Assembly: GCA_964458555.1 (NCBI GenBank)
Contig: CAYWJH010000007.1
Coordinates: 328 to 64,327, forward strand
Direction: 5' to 3'
From: an uncultured Spirochaetaceae bacterium
Lineage (GTDB): Bacteria > Spirochaetota > Spirochaetia > DSM-27196 > SLST01
DNA length: 64,000 nt
Below are positions 37,036-50,283 of the stretch, in pieces; the stretch's first letter is position 1, and each line of letters starts with the position of its first letter. The position numbers were made by a program, and so were the translations under genes. The notes beneath the pieces were generated by a model that ran no database searches, was not told the origin of the DNA, and worked only from the letters and a program-made list of their open reading frames with translations.

Positions 37036-38236
37036 TCGTGTGGATTTTCACGCCGCGGCGCTCGGCCTCCGCCTGGACGAGCTCGCGCGTCACCGCTCCC
37101 CGCGCGTGCGGGTGCGGGGGGGCGTCGCCCACGAGGACGACGTGACGCTCGTCGGCGGTCCATACGTAGCGCGTCACCGCGGTGTAGAGCGCCTCGTAGA
37201 CCGCCTCCGGGATGTCGCGACCGCCGGCGACACGGATCGTGTCGACCGCCCGCTGCACGAATCCCAGATCGTTCTGAAAGTCGAACCGCCGCGTGAGGTA
37301 CTCCTCCATGTAGTCGCGGTAGTAGACGAGCCCCACGCGCAGTGAGGCGCTCGCCTCCACGTACTTCTCGAGCATGGGCACGAGGTTTGACTGCAGGTGT
37401 GGCACGTTGTCTTCCATGCTCTGCGTCGTGTCGAGCGCGAGCACGAGCTCGACCGATGTGCCTCGCGCCCCGGCGATGATCCGCTCGATCGTGTCCAGGA
37501 CGTCCTCGTCGGTCTCGCTCTCCACCGCATCGCCGCCGTTCTCTTCGGCGATCTCGCGCAACCGGTCGACCGCCTCGGGCATGTACTCCGGCCTCTCGGT
37601 GACGCGCTCGCGCTGCGAGACGCGCAGGATGAAGGGGTTGTCGCGGTAGCCGCCGGAGTAGTCGGCGTACGGCTTCTCGAAGGCGCGGATGCTGAGGTAC
37701 GTTCCGTCGAGGACCTGGAGCTCGCCGCTTCGCGTCCACTCGTACCCGTAGACCACGACGTAGGGGATGAAGATCCGGTACGCCTCGCCGAACTCCTCGT
37801 CGGCCACCGGCGTCGAATCCACGAGCGAGTAGACCCCGTCCGCGTCGAGGACCTCGCCGTCGAGTACGCGCCGCTCGTCGCCGTTCTCCGGATGCCAGGA
37901 GGGATTTCGGTAGGCGTAGGTCGCGACCTCGTGGTCGGACCGTTCGGTCGATTCGGTCAACAGGATCGAGCCGAGCCCCTCGCGGTTGCGAACGTGAAGG
38001 TAGTAGCCCCCTTCGATCGTCTGGTCGATCCGGACGTCTTCCGGCTGAAGCGACAGGGCCGATGTCGTCCGCTCCCGCGTGCCGGCCGGCCCGCGTTCGG
38101 GCGCCGCACCGCTCGCCGCCGCGGTCCGCGTCGCGTCTTCGGAGCCCTCCGTCTGCGCGGGGAGCCCTCCGGCGACCGCGAGGAGCAGGAGCGAGCCGAG
38201 TGCGAGCACCGCGATACCGAGCCTTCCCTGTGCCAT
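37019..38236 (-). CDS. Secreted von Willebrand factor A domain protein
   Basis: Signal peptide; MIDAS-like DTTQSM, YRDY, GGRDIPEAVYEAL, LVGDAPPH. Confidence 0.85.
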   Translation of the reverse strand: MAQGRLGIAVLALGSLLLLAVAGGLPAQTEGSEDATRTAAASGAAPERGPAGTRERTTSALSLQPEDVRIDQTIEGGYYLHVRNREGLGSILLTESTERSDHEVATYAYRNPSWHPENGDERRVLDGEVLDADGVYSLVDSTPVADEEFGEAYRIFIPYVVVYGYEWTRSGELQVLDGTYLSIRAFEKPYADYSGGYRDNPFILRVSQRERVTERPEYMPEAVDRLREIAEENGGDAVESETDEDVLDTIERIIAGARGTSVELVLALDTTQSMEDNVPHLQSNLVPMLEKYVEASASLRVGLVYYRDYMEEYLTRRFDFQNDLGFVQRAVDTIRVAGGRDIPEAVYEALYTAVTRYVWTADERHVVLVGDAPPHPHARGAVTRELVQAEAERRGVKIHTIILPQ

Positions 38237-38258
38237 CGGTTCTAGTATCGGCGGGAAG

Positions 38259-38760
38259 TTACAGCTCGATTACCGCCGGAAAGACCGGCGCGCGTCCCGG
38301 GATGCGCACACCCTCGAGGTTACTGAAGAAGAGATGCTGCGCGATGAAGCGGTCGACGAAGGAACAGACCGTCACGTCCGGCGGAAGCTCGCCCGCGGCG
38401 ACCTCCACGAGAAGCGACCACCCGGCGTCGGACTCGTGGTAGACCAGGCCGTCGGCCGCGCGCAGCGCCCGCTCGGGACAGGCCGCGGGCGCCCACGCCG
38501 CCGGACGCTCGAGCGGCGCGTCCACGTACAGGACGTCGACGAACGCCTCGGCGACCCGGTAGCGACCGTACCAGTAGGGAGTCACATCGGGGGCAAACGC
38601 GTCGATGCCGCGGCGCGCCTCGGGTCCGACCTCGAGCACGGCGGTACGCGCGAAGTCGGGCACCTGCTCCGTCGTCTGCGCCGCCGCGGGCCGCGCGGAG
38701 TACGGCCCGGCGACCGCAACCGAGCAGAGCGCGAGCACGAGCAGCCGGCGTCTGATCGGC

Positions 38761-38777
<17 letters not shown>
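38259..38777 (-). CDS. Hypothetical exported protein
   Basis: Signal-like LLVLALCSVAVA segment; probable GTG start overlapping the glmS end. Start uncertain. Confidence 0.5.
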
Positions 38778-40583
<1,806 letters not shown>

Positions 40584-40584
<1 letters not shown>

Positions 40585-41207
40585 CAGTTGCCTCCTAAGT
40601 TGGCGAGCTGGTTCAGCCGGCCCTTATCGAGAAGCCAGACCGCGTTCCCCTTGATCGAGAGAACGCCGCTCGAGGCGAGCTCGTCGAGATGCTCGCGGAC
40701 GAGCTCTACCGGGGTCTCCAGGTTGAGCGAGATCTGCTCGACGGTTCGGTCGAGCGGCAGATGCTGCTCGTCGGGCTTTCGCTCGCCGAAGCGCGTGTAG
40801 AGATTGAGCGCGATCAAACTGTGCTGATTGCGCTGGTAGAGCATCTGAATCTGGCTGTTCGCGTTCTGGAGCCTGCGGCTGAGCTTGTCGATGATGTTGA
40901 GCGCGATCTTCGCGTTCTTCTCGATCATCCCCATGAAGCCCTGCCGGTCGAACGCGAGGAGCTGCGTCGTGTTGACCGCCGTCGCCGTCGCGGTCCGCGC
41001 GATGCGCGACACGATCGCCATTTCGCCGAAGAAATCGCCCTTCTCGAGGACCGCGAGCTCGTGCTCGCGTCCGCCGATGTTCTTGGAGATCTTCACCTGG
41101 CCGGTCTGGATGATGTACATGTGGTCGCCCTGGTCACCTTCGCGGAAGATGACCCGGCCGGCCTCGAAGGTCTGGCCGTATTTCTCGAAGAGCGGATTCT
41201 CTGGCAT
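40584..41207 (-). CDS. Crp/Fnr-like cyclic-nucleotide-binding protein
   Basis: IFREGDQGD, FFGEMAI...RTATA, C-terminal putative HTH. Confidence 0.85.
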
Positions 41208-41336
41208 GCAGACTCCCCTGAGTTTTCGTTGAGTATACCTCGTGGGATCTCCGTTCTCAAGCTCGCGGCGCGCTCCGGCCCGGCGGCTTTTGAAGCACGA
41301 CGCGCTCACGCCGCGTAGGAAAGATGGGAGGAGACT

Positions 41337-42356
41337 ATGCGAAGACTATGGCTGCTCTGTGTGGGTTTGATGACGACGTCGTGCGCGCCGCTTCCGCCCA
41401 TCCCCTTCGTCACGGATGCCGATCTGGCCGCACCGGTCGTCACGGACCTCCGGCTCGCGAGCCCGGTCGAGCTCGAGGTCGCCTTCGACGAACCGGTGAG
41501 CGTCGTTTCCGAGCCGCTGGGCTCGGCGTCGGTCGGGGAGGTGGCCCTGCGCGCGGAGGAGACGCCGCAACCGGTGGTGGGATTCCTCTTCGAGGCGGCG
41601 CCCTCGCCTGCGGCCGAGCACCACGTGGAGGCGCAGGTCGCCGACGAGGCGGGCAACCACCTGCGATTCGTCGCCCGCTTCTACGGGCTCAACCCCCTGC
41701 TTCCGGCGATGATCATCAACGAGCTCACGACTCAGGGCTCGGGCAACCACCCGGACCTCGTCGAGATCCGCGTCCTCACCGACGGCAACCTCGCCGGAGC
41801 GTGCCTCTACGAGGGCGTGCCCGGCAACTGGGAGCAGCGCTTCGTCTTCCCGTCGGTGGACGTCGTCGCGGGAGACTACCTCGTCGTGCACTTCAAACCT
41901 GAGGGCATCGCGGACGAGGTGAACGAGACCTCGCGCCGCGACGCGTCCGGCGGCCTGGACGCGTCGCCCGAGGCGTGGGACTTCTGGGTAGACGGAGGCA
42001 CGGGGTTATCGGGGAACAACGGCGCGATCTCGCTCTGCGAGAACCCGCTGGGAGGGTATGTAGACGCGGTGCTCTACTCGAACCGCACGAGCGACTCCGA
42101 CGAGCGGTACCGGGGCTTCGCGAGCACGAAGGTGATGAATCGTGCCGATGCGCTCGCGGCCGCCGGCGCGTGGACGTTCGCCGGGGAGGCGGTCGCGCCG
42201 GAGGACGCGGTCGACCCGGAGCCGAGCACCGCGACCCGCTCGATGGCGCGCAGGTCGGACGGAACAGACACCAACTCCCGGTCGGACTGGCACATCACGC
42301 CCACGCGCGGGTTGACCCCAGGAACCGAGAACACCGACGAGGTATACGAGCCGTAG
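41337..42356 (+). CDS. Lipoprotein with lamin-tail-like domain
   Basis: Lipobox-like TTS-C; IINEL...DLVEIR pattern; GGAGG SD. Confidence 0.6.
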   Translation: MRRLWLLCVGLMTTSCAPLPPIPFVTDADLAAPVVTDLRLASPVELEVAFDEPVSVVSEPLGSASVGEVALRAEETPQPVVGFLFEAAPSPAAEHHVEAQVADEAGNHLRFVARFYGLNPLLPAMIINELTTQGSGNHPDLVEIRVLTDGNLAGACLYEGVPGNWEQRFVFPSVDVVAGDYLVVHFKPEGIADEVNETSRRDASGGLDASPEAWDFWVDGGTGLSGNNGAISLCENPLGGYVDAVLYSNRTSDSDERYRGFASTKVMNRADALAAAGAWTFAGEAVAPEDAVDPEPSTATRSMARRSDGTDTNSRSDWHITPTRGLTPGTENTDEVYEP

Positions 42357-42381
42357 GGCGGCCCCCGCTACGCGCCCCTCG

Positions 42382-42705
42382 TCAGACGTGGTCCTTGAAG
42401 AGCTCCTCGATCGCGGGGCGCGGCACGGCCCCGACTTTACGGCCGACTTCCTCGCCGTTCTTGATCAGCAGCAGCGTGGGGATGCTCTGGACGCTGAACT
42501 TCATCGCGAGCTCGCCCTGAGCGTCCACGTCGAGCTTCCCGATCTTGAGCTTCCCGTCGTAATCCTTGCCGATCTCTTCGAGCACCGGCGCCACCATCTT
42601 GCACGGCATGCACCAGTCGGCCCAGAAGTCGATGAGGACGGGAACCTCCGAGTTCACGACCTCCTCCTCGAAGTTGTCGGTCGTTATTTCTACTTCGTTT
42701 GCCAT
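42382..42705 (-). CDS. trxA: Thioredoxin
   Basis: DFWADWCMPCK, SIPTLL. Confidence 0.95.
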   Translation of the reverse strand: MANEVEITTDNFEEEVVNSEVPVLIDFWADWCMPCKMVAPVLEEIGKDYDGKLKIGKLDVDAQGELAMKFSVQSIPTLLLIKNGEEVGRKVGAVPRPAIEELFKDHV

Positions 42706-42807
42706 GGGGTACTCCACCGAATCGGTATGCCTACGAATATGGCGCCTGCGCTGCACGCCGTCAACTCGCGACGGGCGTGCCGGCCCGCGCTCGCCCCGGC
42801 GCCGCGA

Positions 42808-43572
42808 TCAAGCCTGTCCCGCCAGCGACGCAGCCTGCTCGCGGAGCGCTCCGCTCAGCGCCTCGGGCGTGTCGTCGGCGTGCGCGGCGACGGTGCGCAC
42901 GAAGGCGCTGCCCACGACCGCCGCGTGCACGTGCGGCTCGAGCGCGACGATCTGATCGCGCTCGGAGATGCCGAAGCCGGCCATCACCTTCGCTCCGGTC
43001 GTTCGCAGGCGGTCGAGGACGCGGGTGTTCTCTTCGCCTATCTCGGTGCGCTCGCCGGTGATCCCGCGGCGTAGCGCGACGTAGACGTACTCCGGCTTGC
43101 GGTCGGTGATGAGCCCGATCCGCTCCTCGCGCGCGGTCGTCACGGTGACCGGCATCACGCGCGTTCCCAGCTTCTCCGCCGCGGTCCACGTGCCCTCGTC
43201 GTAGTCGAGCGGCACGTCCGGCAGGATGAAGCCGGCCGCCCCCGCCTCGACGCCGGCCCTCATGAACGCCTCCACGCCGCGCGCGTAGAGCAGGCTCGCG
43301 TAGGTCATGAGGAAGATAGGCACGTCGCGACCGGCTTCCCGCGCGATCGCGGCGACGTCTGACACGAATCGGAATCCTTCGGCGACGGTGAACCCGGCCT
43401 CGAGCGCGTGGTGGCACGCCTGTTGGATCGTCGGGCCGTCGGCGGTGGGGTCCGAGAAGGGGAACTGCACCTCCAGGTACGCGGCGCCGCCTTCCACGAG
43501 CCCGCGCGCCACCGCGAGCGCGCGCCGGGGATCGGGGTAGTGCGAGACCAGGTGCGCCATGATCCGGCTCAT
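42808..43572 (-). CDS. trpA: Tryptophan synthase alpha chain
   Basis: EVQFPFSDPTADGPTIQ, GFGIS, VVGSA. Confidence 0.95.
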   Translation of the reverse strand: MSRIMAHLVSHYPDPRRALAVARGLVEGGAAYLEVQFPFSDPTADGPTIQQACHHALEAGFTVAEGFRFVSDVAAIAREAGRDVPIFLMTYASLLYARGVEAFMRAGVEAGAAGFILPDVPLDYDEGTWTAAEKLGTRVMPVTVTTAREERIGLITDRKPEYVYVALRRGITGERTEIGEENTRVLDRLRTTGAKVMAGFGISERDQIVALEPHVHAAVVGSAFVRTVAAHADDTPEALSGALREQAASLAGQA

Positions 43573-44801
43573 CGTTCTACCTCCGTACGCAGGAATTCGC
43601 GCCAGCGCTCGCCGTCGAGCTCGCGCGCGGTGATGAAGAGGTCCTTGTCGCCGCGGCCGGACATGTTGACGACGATCGCCTTCTCCGGCGGCAGCTCGCG
43701 CGCGAGCTTGATCGCCTCCGCCGCGCCGTGCGCGCTCTCGAGCGCGAAGACGATCCCCTCGTTGCGCGCGAAGAACTGCAGCGCCTCGAGCGCGTCGCGG
43801 TCGGTGGCGCGCGCGAACTCCACGCGTCCGGCGGTGCCGAGCGAGGCGAGCTGCGGTCCTATGCCCGGGTAGTCGAGCCCGGCGGAGACCGAGTGCGTGT
43901 CCTGCACCTGGCCGTCGTCGTCGAGCAGGAAGAGACTCTTGTAGCCCTGCACGATGCCCGGCCTGCCAAGCCCGCCCATGCGCGCGGCGTGGTCGCCGGC
44001 GCGCGTGCTGCGGCCGCCCGCCTCCACGCCGACAAGCCGTGGCCCCTCGTCTTCCAGAAACGGAGCGAAGAAGCCGATCGCGTTGCTCCCGCCGCCCACG
44101 CACGCGACGAGCGCCTCGAGCTCGAGCCCGCGCGCGTCGATCATCGCCTTCGCCTGCGCCTGCGTCTCGCGCCCCACGATCGACTGGAACTCGCGCACCA
44201 TGTCCGGGTAGGGGCTCGGCCCGAGCGCGGAGCCGATGATGTAGTGCGTCTCGTCGAAGCTCGCCGCCCAGTCGCGCAGCGCCTCGTTGACCGCGTCCTT
44301 GAGCGTGCGCTGGCCGCTCGCCACCGGCTGCACCTTCGCGCCGAAGAGCTCCATCCAGTAGACGTTGGGCTTCTGCCGCGCCACGTCCACCTCGCCCATG
44401 TACACCGTACAGGGAAATCCCATCTTCGCGCAGACCGCCGCGGTCGCGAAGCCGTGTTGCCCGGCTCCGGTCTCCGCGATGATCCGCTTCTTGCCCATCC
44501 GCTTCGCGAGCAGCACCTGCCCCACCGCGTTGTTGATCTTGTGGGCGCCGGTGTTCGCGAGCCCCTCGAGCTTCACGAAGACCTTCGCGCCCCCCAGCTC
44601 GCGCGAGCTGTTCTCCGCGTAGAGAAGCGGCGTGGGCCTGCCCACGTACGTCGTCGCGATCTCGTTGAACTCATCGTGGAAACTCTCGTCGGCCATCGCC
44701 TCCACGAACGCCGCCTCGAGCTCGTCGAGCGGCGTGCGCAGGACCTCGGCGACGTACCGCCCGCCGAACTCGCCAAAGTAGTCGTTGTAGATCTTCGTCA
44801 T
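43569..44801 (-). CDS. trpB: Tryptophan synthase beta chain
   Basis: FGEFGGRY, GAHKINN PLP lysine, ETGAGQHG, GLDYPGIGP, SGRGDKD. Confidence 0.97.
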   Translation of the reverse strand: MTKIYNDYFGEFGGRYVAEVLRTPLDELEAAFVEAMADESFHDEFNEIATTYVGRPTPLLYAENSSRELGGAKVFVKLEGLANTGAHKINNAVGQVLLAKRMGKKRIIAETGAGQHGFATAAVCAKMGFPCTVYMGEVDVARQKPNVYWMELFGAKVQPVASGQRTLKDAVNEALRDWAASFDETHYIIGSALGPSPYPDMVREFQSIVGRETQAQAKAMIDARGLELEALVACVGGGSNAIGFFAPFLEDEGPRLVGVEAGGRSTRAGDHAARMGGLGRPGIVQGYKSLFLLDDDGQVQDTHSVSAGLDYPGIGPQLASLGTAGRVEFARATDRDALEALQFFARNEGIVFALESAHGAAEAIKLARELPPEKAIVVNMSGRGDKDLFITARELDGERWREFLRTEVER

Positions 44802-46243
44802 GTGATGAGCTCCTCGAAGAAGCGGCGCAGCTTCTCCTCGTCCTTGCGTCCCGGCCCCGCCTCGAGCTTGCTCGAGACGTCGACGAGCTCGGGCGCGTAG
44901 TCGGCCACCACCCGCGCGATGTTCTCGTGCGAGAGCCCGCCGGCGAGCCACAGCGGCCCGCGCTCGCGCACCGCGGCGATCGTCTCCGGTGACAGCCGCT
45001 TCCCGCTCCCGCCGTACGCCGTGCTGTCGCGCGCGTCCACGAGGATCCTCGGAGACCGATATCGCTCGAGCGCATCCGCGGCCTCCGGCCGATCGAGGCG
45101 CAGCGCCTTGTAGTACGGAAAGGCCTGCGCCGCGCACTCGTCCGGCTCCTCGTCGCCGTGAAACTGCACCGCGTCGAGGAACCCTTCCTCGAGAAGCGCG
45201 CGCACCTCCGGCGCGAGCGGCCCGTGCGCGCCGCCGGTCACGACGACCGCGACCTTGAGCGCCGGCAGGTCCGCGAGGTCGCCGACGATCGCAGGGTCGG
45301 CGCGGCGCGGCGAGTCGGCGAAGACGAAACCGAGCAGCTCGGCGCCGAGCTCGACCGCGAGCTCGGCGTCGTGTCGATTGGTGATCCCGCAGATCTTGAC
45401 AAGCGGTCGGTCGGCGCGCATCCGCGCGGTGAGCCGGCGCCAGAAGTCGGGGGCGGTCGCGCGCGCGGGGTCCCCGTCCGCCGACGGCTGCCCGCGCAGC
45501 CCGGCGAGGATCCCGCCAATCGCGTCCTGGTCTCGCACGGCGGCCTCGCCCACGAGCAGCCCGTCGAACCCGCTCGACGAGACGAGCAGCGCGTCCTCGC
45601 GCGTAAACACCCCGCTCTCGAAGACCGCGCGGTGATCCCAGTCTATCTTCGCGCGCAGCCGGACCGGCGTCAGCAGGTCGACGCGAAAGGTCGACAGGTC
45701 GCGCGCGTTGATGCCCACAAGCGGCGGCGCGACCGCGCGCGCCTTCTCGAAATCGTCGTCCTCGTGGAGCTCGACGAGCGCCGCCATTCCCAACTCGCCC
45801 GCGCGCGCGTGCATCCGGGCAAGCTCGTCCGCGTCGAGGACCGAGGCGATGAGCAGCACCGCGTCCGCGCCGGCGCGGTAGCTCACCTCCACGTCCTCCT
45901 CGTCGACGAGGAAGTCCTTGCGCAGCACCGCGAGGTTCGGATGCGCGCGCTTCACGGCCATGAGGTCGTCGAGCGAGCCCGCGAAGTGCTCTTCTTCGGT
46001 GAGGATGGAGACCGACCGCACCCCCCGGTCGACGTAGCGGCCGGCGAGCTCGACCGGGTCGAGCCCGGCGTCGATCGCGCCGCGCGACGGGCTCTTCCGC
46101 TTGATCTCGCAGACGAGGCGCGGCGCGCGCAGGAAGCGCACGAGCGGCGCGGTGCGCTCGGGAGCGACGTCGGCGCCGAGCGTGTGGCCCTCGGCGGCGA
46201 TGCGTCCTCGGCGCCGGGTGACGATCTCGTCGCGGATGTTCAC
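44798..46243 (-). CDS. trpCF: Bifunctional indole-3-glycerol-phosphate synthase / PRA isomerase
   Basis: TrpC part: EIKRKSPSRG, LRKDF, GINARDL; TrpF part: VKICGIT, VQFHG, LAGGL, DVSS. Confidence 0.93.
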   Translation of the reverse strand: MNIRDEIVTRRRGRIAAEGHTLGADVAPERTAPLVRFLRAPRLVCEIKRKSPSRGAIDAGLDPVELAGRYVDRGVRSVSILTEEEHFAGSLDDLMAVKRAHPNLAVLRKDFLVDEEDVEVSYRAGADAVLLIASVLDADELARMHARAGELGMAALVELHEDDDFEKARAVAPPLVGINARDLSTFRVDLLTPVRLRAKIDWDHRAVFESGVFTREDALLVSSSGFDGLLVGEAAVRDQDAIGGILAGLRGQPSADGDPARATAPDFWRRLTARMRADRPLVKICGITNRHDAELAVELGAELLGFVFADSPRRADPAIVGDLADLPALKVAVVVTGGAHGPLAPEVRALLEEGFLDAVQFHGDEEPDECAAQAFPYYKALRLDRPEAADALERYRSPRILVDARDSTAYGGSGKRLSPETIAAVRERGPLWLAGGLSHENIARVVADYAPELVDVSSKLEAGPGRKDEEKLRRFFEELIT

Positions 46244-47870
46244 GCCGCGCCCTCCGCGGCGGCGCGCGCCGCGCGCTCGGCGAGTTGCTGCGAGGCGGCG
46301 ACGATGCGATCCACGTAGGCGGCGAGCGTCCCGTCGTCGATAGCCGCGCGCACCTTCGCCGCGCCGGCGGCGATGTCGTCCACGACGCCGTAGACGGCGA
46401 GCGCGGCGGCGGCGTTCAGCACGACCGCGTCGCGGACGGCGGCCGGGCCCCCGCCGGCGAGGATCTCCTTCGCGACGGCCGCGTTGTCGGCGGCGTCTCC
46501 TCCGGCGAGGTCTGCCATCGTGTGGCCGCTCACGCCGAAGTCGGCCGGATCGATCACCGCCTCGTGCATGTCACCGGCCTCGTCGATCGTCACAGAGCGC
46601 GTGCGGTCGCTCACCGAGATCTCGTCGATCCCGTCGAGCCCGTGGACGACCATGGCCTTGCGGATACCGAGCATGTGCGCGGCCTCCGCGACGATGGGCA
46701 CGAACTCTTCGGCGTAGACGCCGATGAGCTGGTACGCAGCGCCGGCCGGGTTCACGAGCGGACCTAAGAGGTTCATGATCGTCTTCACGCCCAGCTCGCG
46801 GCGGGGAACCGCGGCGTGGCGCATCGCGCCGTGGTAGAGCGGCGCGAAGAGGAAGCCAAAGCCGTGCTCGCGGATGAGCTGCTCGGTATACGCCGGCGGG
46901 AGGTCGATCGCGATGCCGAGCGCGCGGTAGAAGTCGGCGCTGCCGGACTTCGAGCTCACCGCGCGGTTGCCGTGCTTCGCGACCGTCGCGCCGCAGGCGG
47001 CGGCGGCGAGCGCGGAGAGCGAGCTGATGTTGAAGGTGCCCAGCCCGTCGCCGCCGGTCCCGCACGTGTCGAGCACCGGCCGGTCGATCGTCACCGGCGT
47101 GCGTTTTCGCTGGAGCACCGACGCGCACCCGGCGATCTCCGCGGGGAGCGGGCCGCGCGATGCGATCGCCACGAGAAAGCCGGCGACCTGCGCGGGGGTG
47201 AGGTTGCCCTCGGTGAGCTCCTCCATGAAGTTCGCCGCCTCCTCGCGCGAGAGCGTCGCGCCCTCGAGCAGCGAGGTGAGCACCACCTTGGAGACGAAGG
47301 GCTCGCGCCGGTAGTTCAGGAAGTTGCGAAGCAGCCGCTTGCCCGCGTCGCTCGCGATGCTCTCCGGGTGGAACTGGACGCCCTCCACCACGTGCTGCGT
47401 GTGGCGGATGCCCATGATCTCGCCGTCTTCGCTCGTCGCGGTGACCTCAAAGCCGTCGGGGACGGTCGCCTCGTCGACGGCGAGCGAGTGGTAGCGCGTG
47501 AACAGCGACGGCGTGGGGATCGAGCGGAAGAGGCCGCGTCCATCGGTCCCGATCCACTCGGCCTTCCCGTGCACGATGCGCTTCGCCTGCACGATCCGTG
47601 CGCCGAAGGCGTAGCCGATCGCCTGGTGTCCGAGGCAGACTCCCAGGATAGGGATGCGGCCGGTGAACTCCTGAATCGCCTGGACCGATACGCCGGCTTC
47701 TTCCGGCCTGCCCGGACCCGGCGAGATCACGAGCTTCGACGGCTCGAGCGCGCGCAGCCCGTCGATGGTGATGCGGTCGTTGCGGATCACGCGGACCTCT
47801 TCGCTCGTGAGCTCGCTCAGGTACTGGAAGAGATTGTGCGTGAACGAATCGTAGTTGTCGATGAGAACGA

Positions 47871-47874
<4 letters not shown>
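46240..47874 (-). CDS. trpGD: Bifunctional anthranilate synthase component II / anthranilate phosphoribosyltransferase
   Basis: TrpG part: IDNYDSFT, SPGPG, GVCLGHQ, RYHSL, QFHPES; TrpD part: DTCGTGGDG, KHGNR..SSKSGSAD, NLLGPL.NP. Confidence 0.95.
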
Positions 47875-49277
<1,403 letters not shown>

Positions 49278-49305
49278 GCGTCCTCCTTGCGGCGCCCCCC
49301 GGTCT

Positions 49306-49334
49306 CACCCACGGGCCCGGCACCCACGGGCCCG
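49306..49334. repeat. Tandem 14-bp direct repeat
   Basis: cacccacgggcccg at 49306-49319 and 49321-49334. Confidence 0.85.
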
Positions 49335-49340
49335 ACCCAC

Positions 49341-49367
49341 AAAAAAAGCCGCGCTTGCGCGCGGCTT
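49341..49367 (-). terminator. trp attenuator intrinsic terminator
   Basis: Minus strand AAGCCGCGC-GCAA-GCGCGGCTT followed by a T run (7 T in total), upstream of trpE. Confidence 0.9.
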
Positions 49368-49432
49368 CTTCTCGCTGCCGCGACGACCAGGATCTCTCTC
49401 AGGTCGGCGGCATACCGGTACCGGGACCTGAG

Positions 49433-49483
49433 TCAGGTCCACCACCAGTTCATGCTGATCTGTCGTACGACAGGGGTAATCAT
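49433..49483 (-). CDS. trpL: trp operon leader peptide MITPVVRQISMNWWWT (16 aa)
   Basis: Three tandem TGG codons just before the stop, upstream of the terminator and trpE; too short for the ORF track. An internal ATG at 49453 would give MNWWWT. Confidence 0.85.
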   Translation of the reverse strand: MITPVVRQISMNWWWT

Positions 49484-49490
49484 TGCTGGA

Positions 49491-49519
49491 ACCTTACCGG
49501 TTTGGACGGGTTGCGTCAA
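49491..49519 (-). promoter_or_regulatory. Sigma70-type trp promoter
   Basis: TTGACG-N17-TAAGGT, ending 7 nt before the leader ATG. Confidence 0.75.
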
Positions 49520-49545
49520 GCGTTCCCTGGTAGAGTGCAGCAGCC

Positions 49546-49947
49546 TCACGCGGTCCAGTCTTCCACCGCGAGGCCGGGCACCCGCCCGAACTCTGACGTG
49601 TTATGGGTGACGAGCGTGCATTCGCACGCGCGGGCAATCGCGGCGATGACGAGGTCGTTCGGTCCGATCGGCGTGCCCAGACGCTCGAGCCCGGCCCGGA
49701 TGTCCGCGTAGTGGTCGGCCTCGATGCTCCCAAAACCCACGAGCGAGAACGGTTGAAGAAACTGCCGGAGCACACGCAGGTTCTCTTCGAGTCGGTCGCT
49801 CTTGTACGCTCCGTAGAGCAACTCCGCCTTTACGAGCGCAGGAACACCGATCTCAGTGGGGCGCATCGCAAGAACATGCCGGCGCACCGCGGGGGAAACA
49901 CCCTTGAGATAGTCGATGCACGTGTTCGTGTCGAGGAGATAGGTCAC
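49546..49947 (-). CDS. vapC: PIN-domain toxin (VapC)
   Basis: YLLDTNTC, ELLYGA, IGPNDLVIAAIA, LVTHN..EF.RV.GL. Confidence 0.93.
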   Translation of the reverse strand: MTYLLDTNTCIDYLKGVSPAVRRHVLAMRPTEIGVPALVKAELLYGAYKSDRLEENLRVLRQFLQPFSLVGFGSIEADHYADIRAGLERLGTPIGPNDLVIAAIARACECTLVTHNTSEFGRVPGLAVEDWTA

Positions 49948-50168
49948 AGCTGGTCGCGGGGTACGTCATCGGCGGACGCGTCGTCGACGCCAAACGTATC
50001 GTCGTCAATCGCACCGAAGAGGTCGCCGAAATGGGCCGGCCATTCGTCTTCCATCGACGAACGAAGCTTCCTGGCAACGTACTTGGAGAGCGATACGCCT
50101 TCCGTCGTCGCCGCAAGCTCGATGCGCCGAAGCGTTGTCTCGTCGAGATACAATGACACCTGCGGCAT
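49944..50168 (-). CDS. Antitoxin (RHH/CopG-like, VapB type)
   Basis: MPQVSLYLD RHH start, acidic tail, ATGA-type overlap with vapC; GGAGG SD. Confidence 0.82.
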   Translation of the reverse strand: MPQVSLYLDETTLRRIELAATTEGVSLSKYVARKLRSSMEDEWPAHFGDLFGAIDDDTFGVDDASADDVPRDQL

Positions 50169-50211
50169 ATTCTCCTCCTATGTTATATAATATACTTGCA
50201 ATACCACGCCG

Positions 50212-50283
50212 TCAAACTACTTTGGCAGCCATCACTCTTCGAGAATCCGATCCAGCGACCAGTTCCCGGACTCGCTCCTTCAC
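50212..50283 (-). pseudogene. Putative 5' remnant of an AbiEii-type nucleotidyltransferase toxin
   Basis: GTG overlaps the AbiEi stop (GTGA) and reads MKERVRELVAGS... for only 23 codons. Confidence 0.45.

Noticed and set aside
42598-42627. Thioredoxin active site WCMPC instead of WCGPC
   Set aside because: A known natural variant; the rest of the protein is ordinary.
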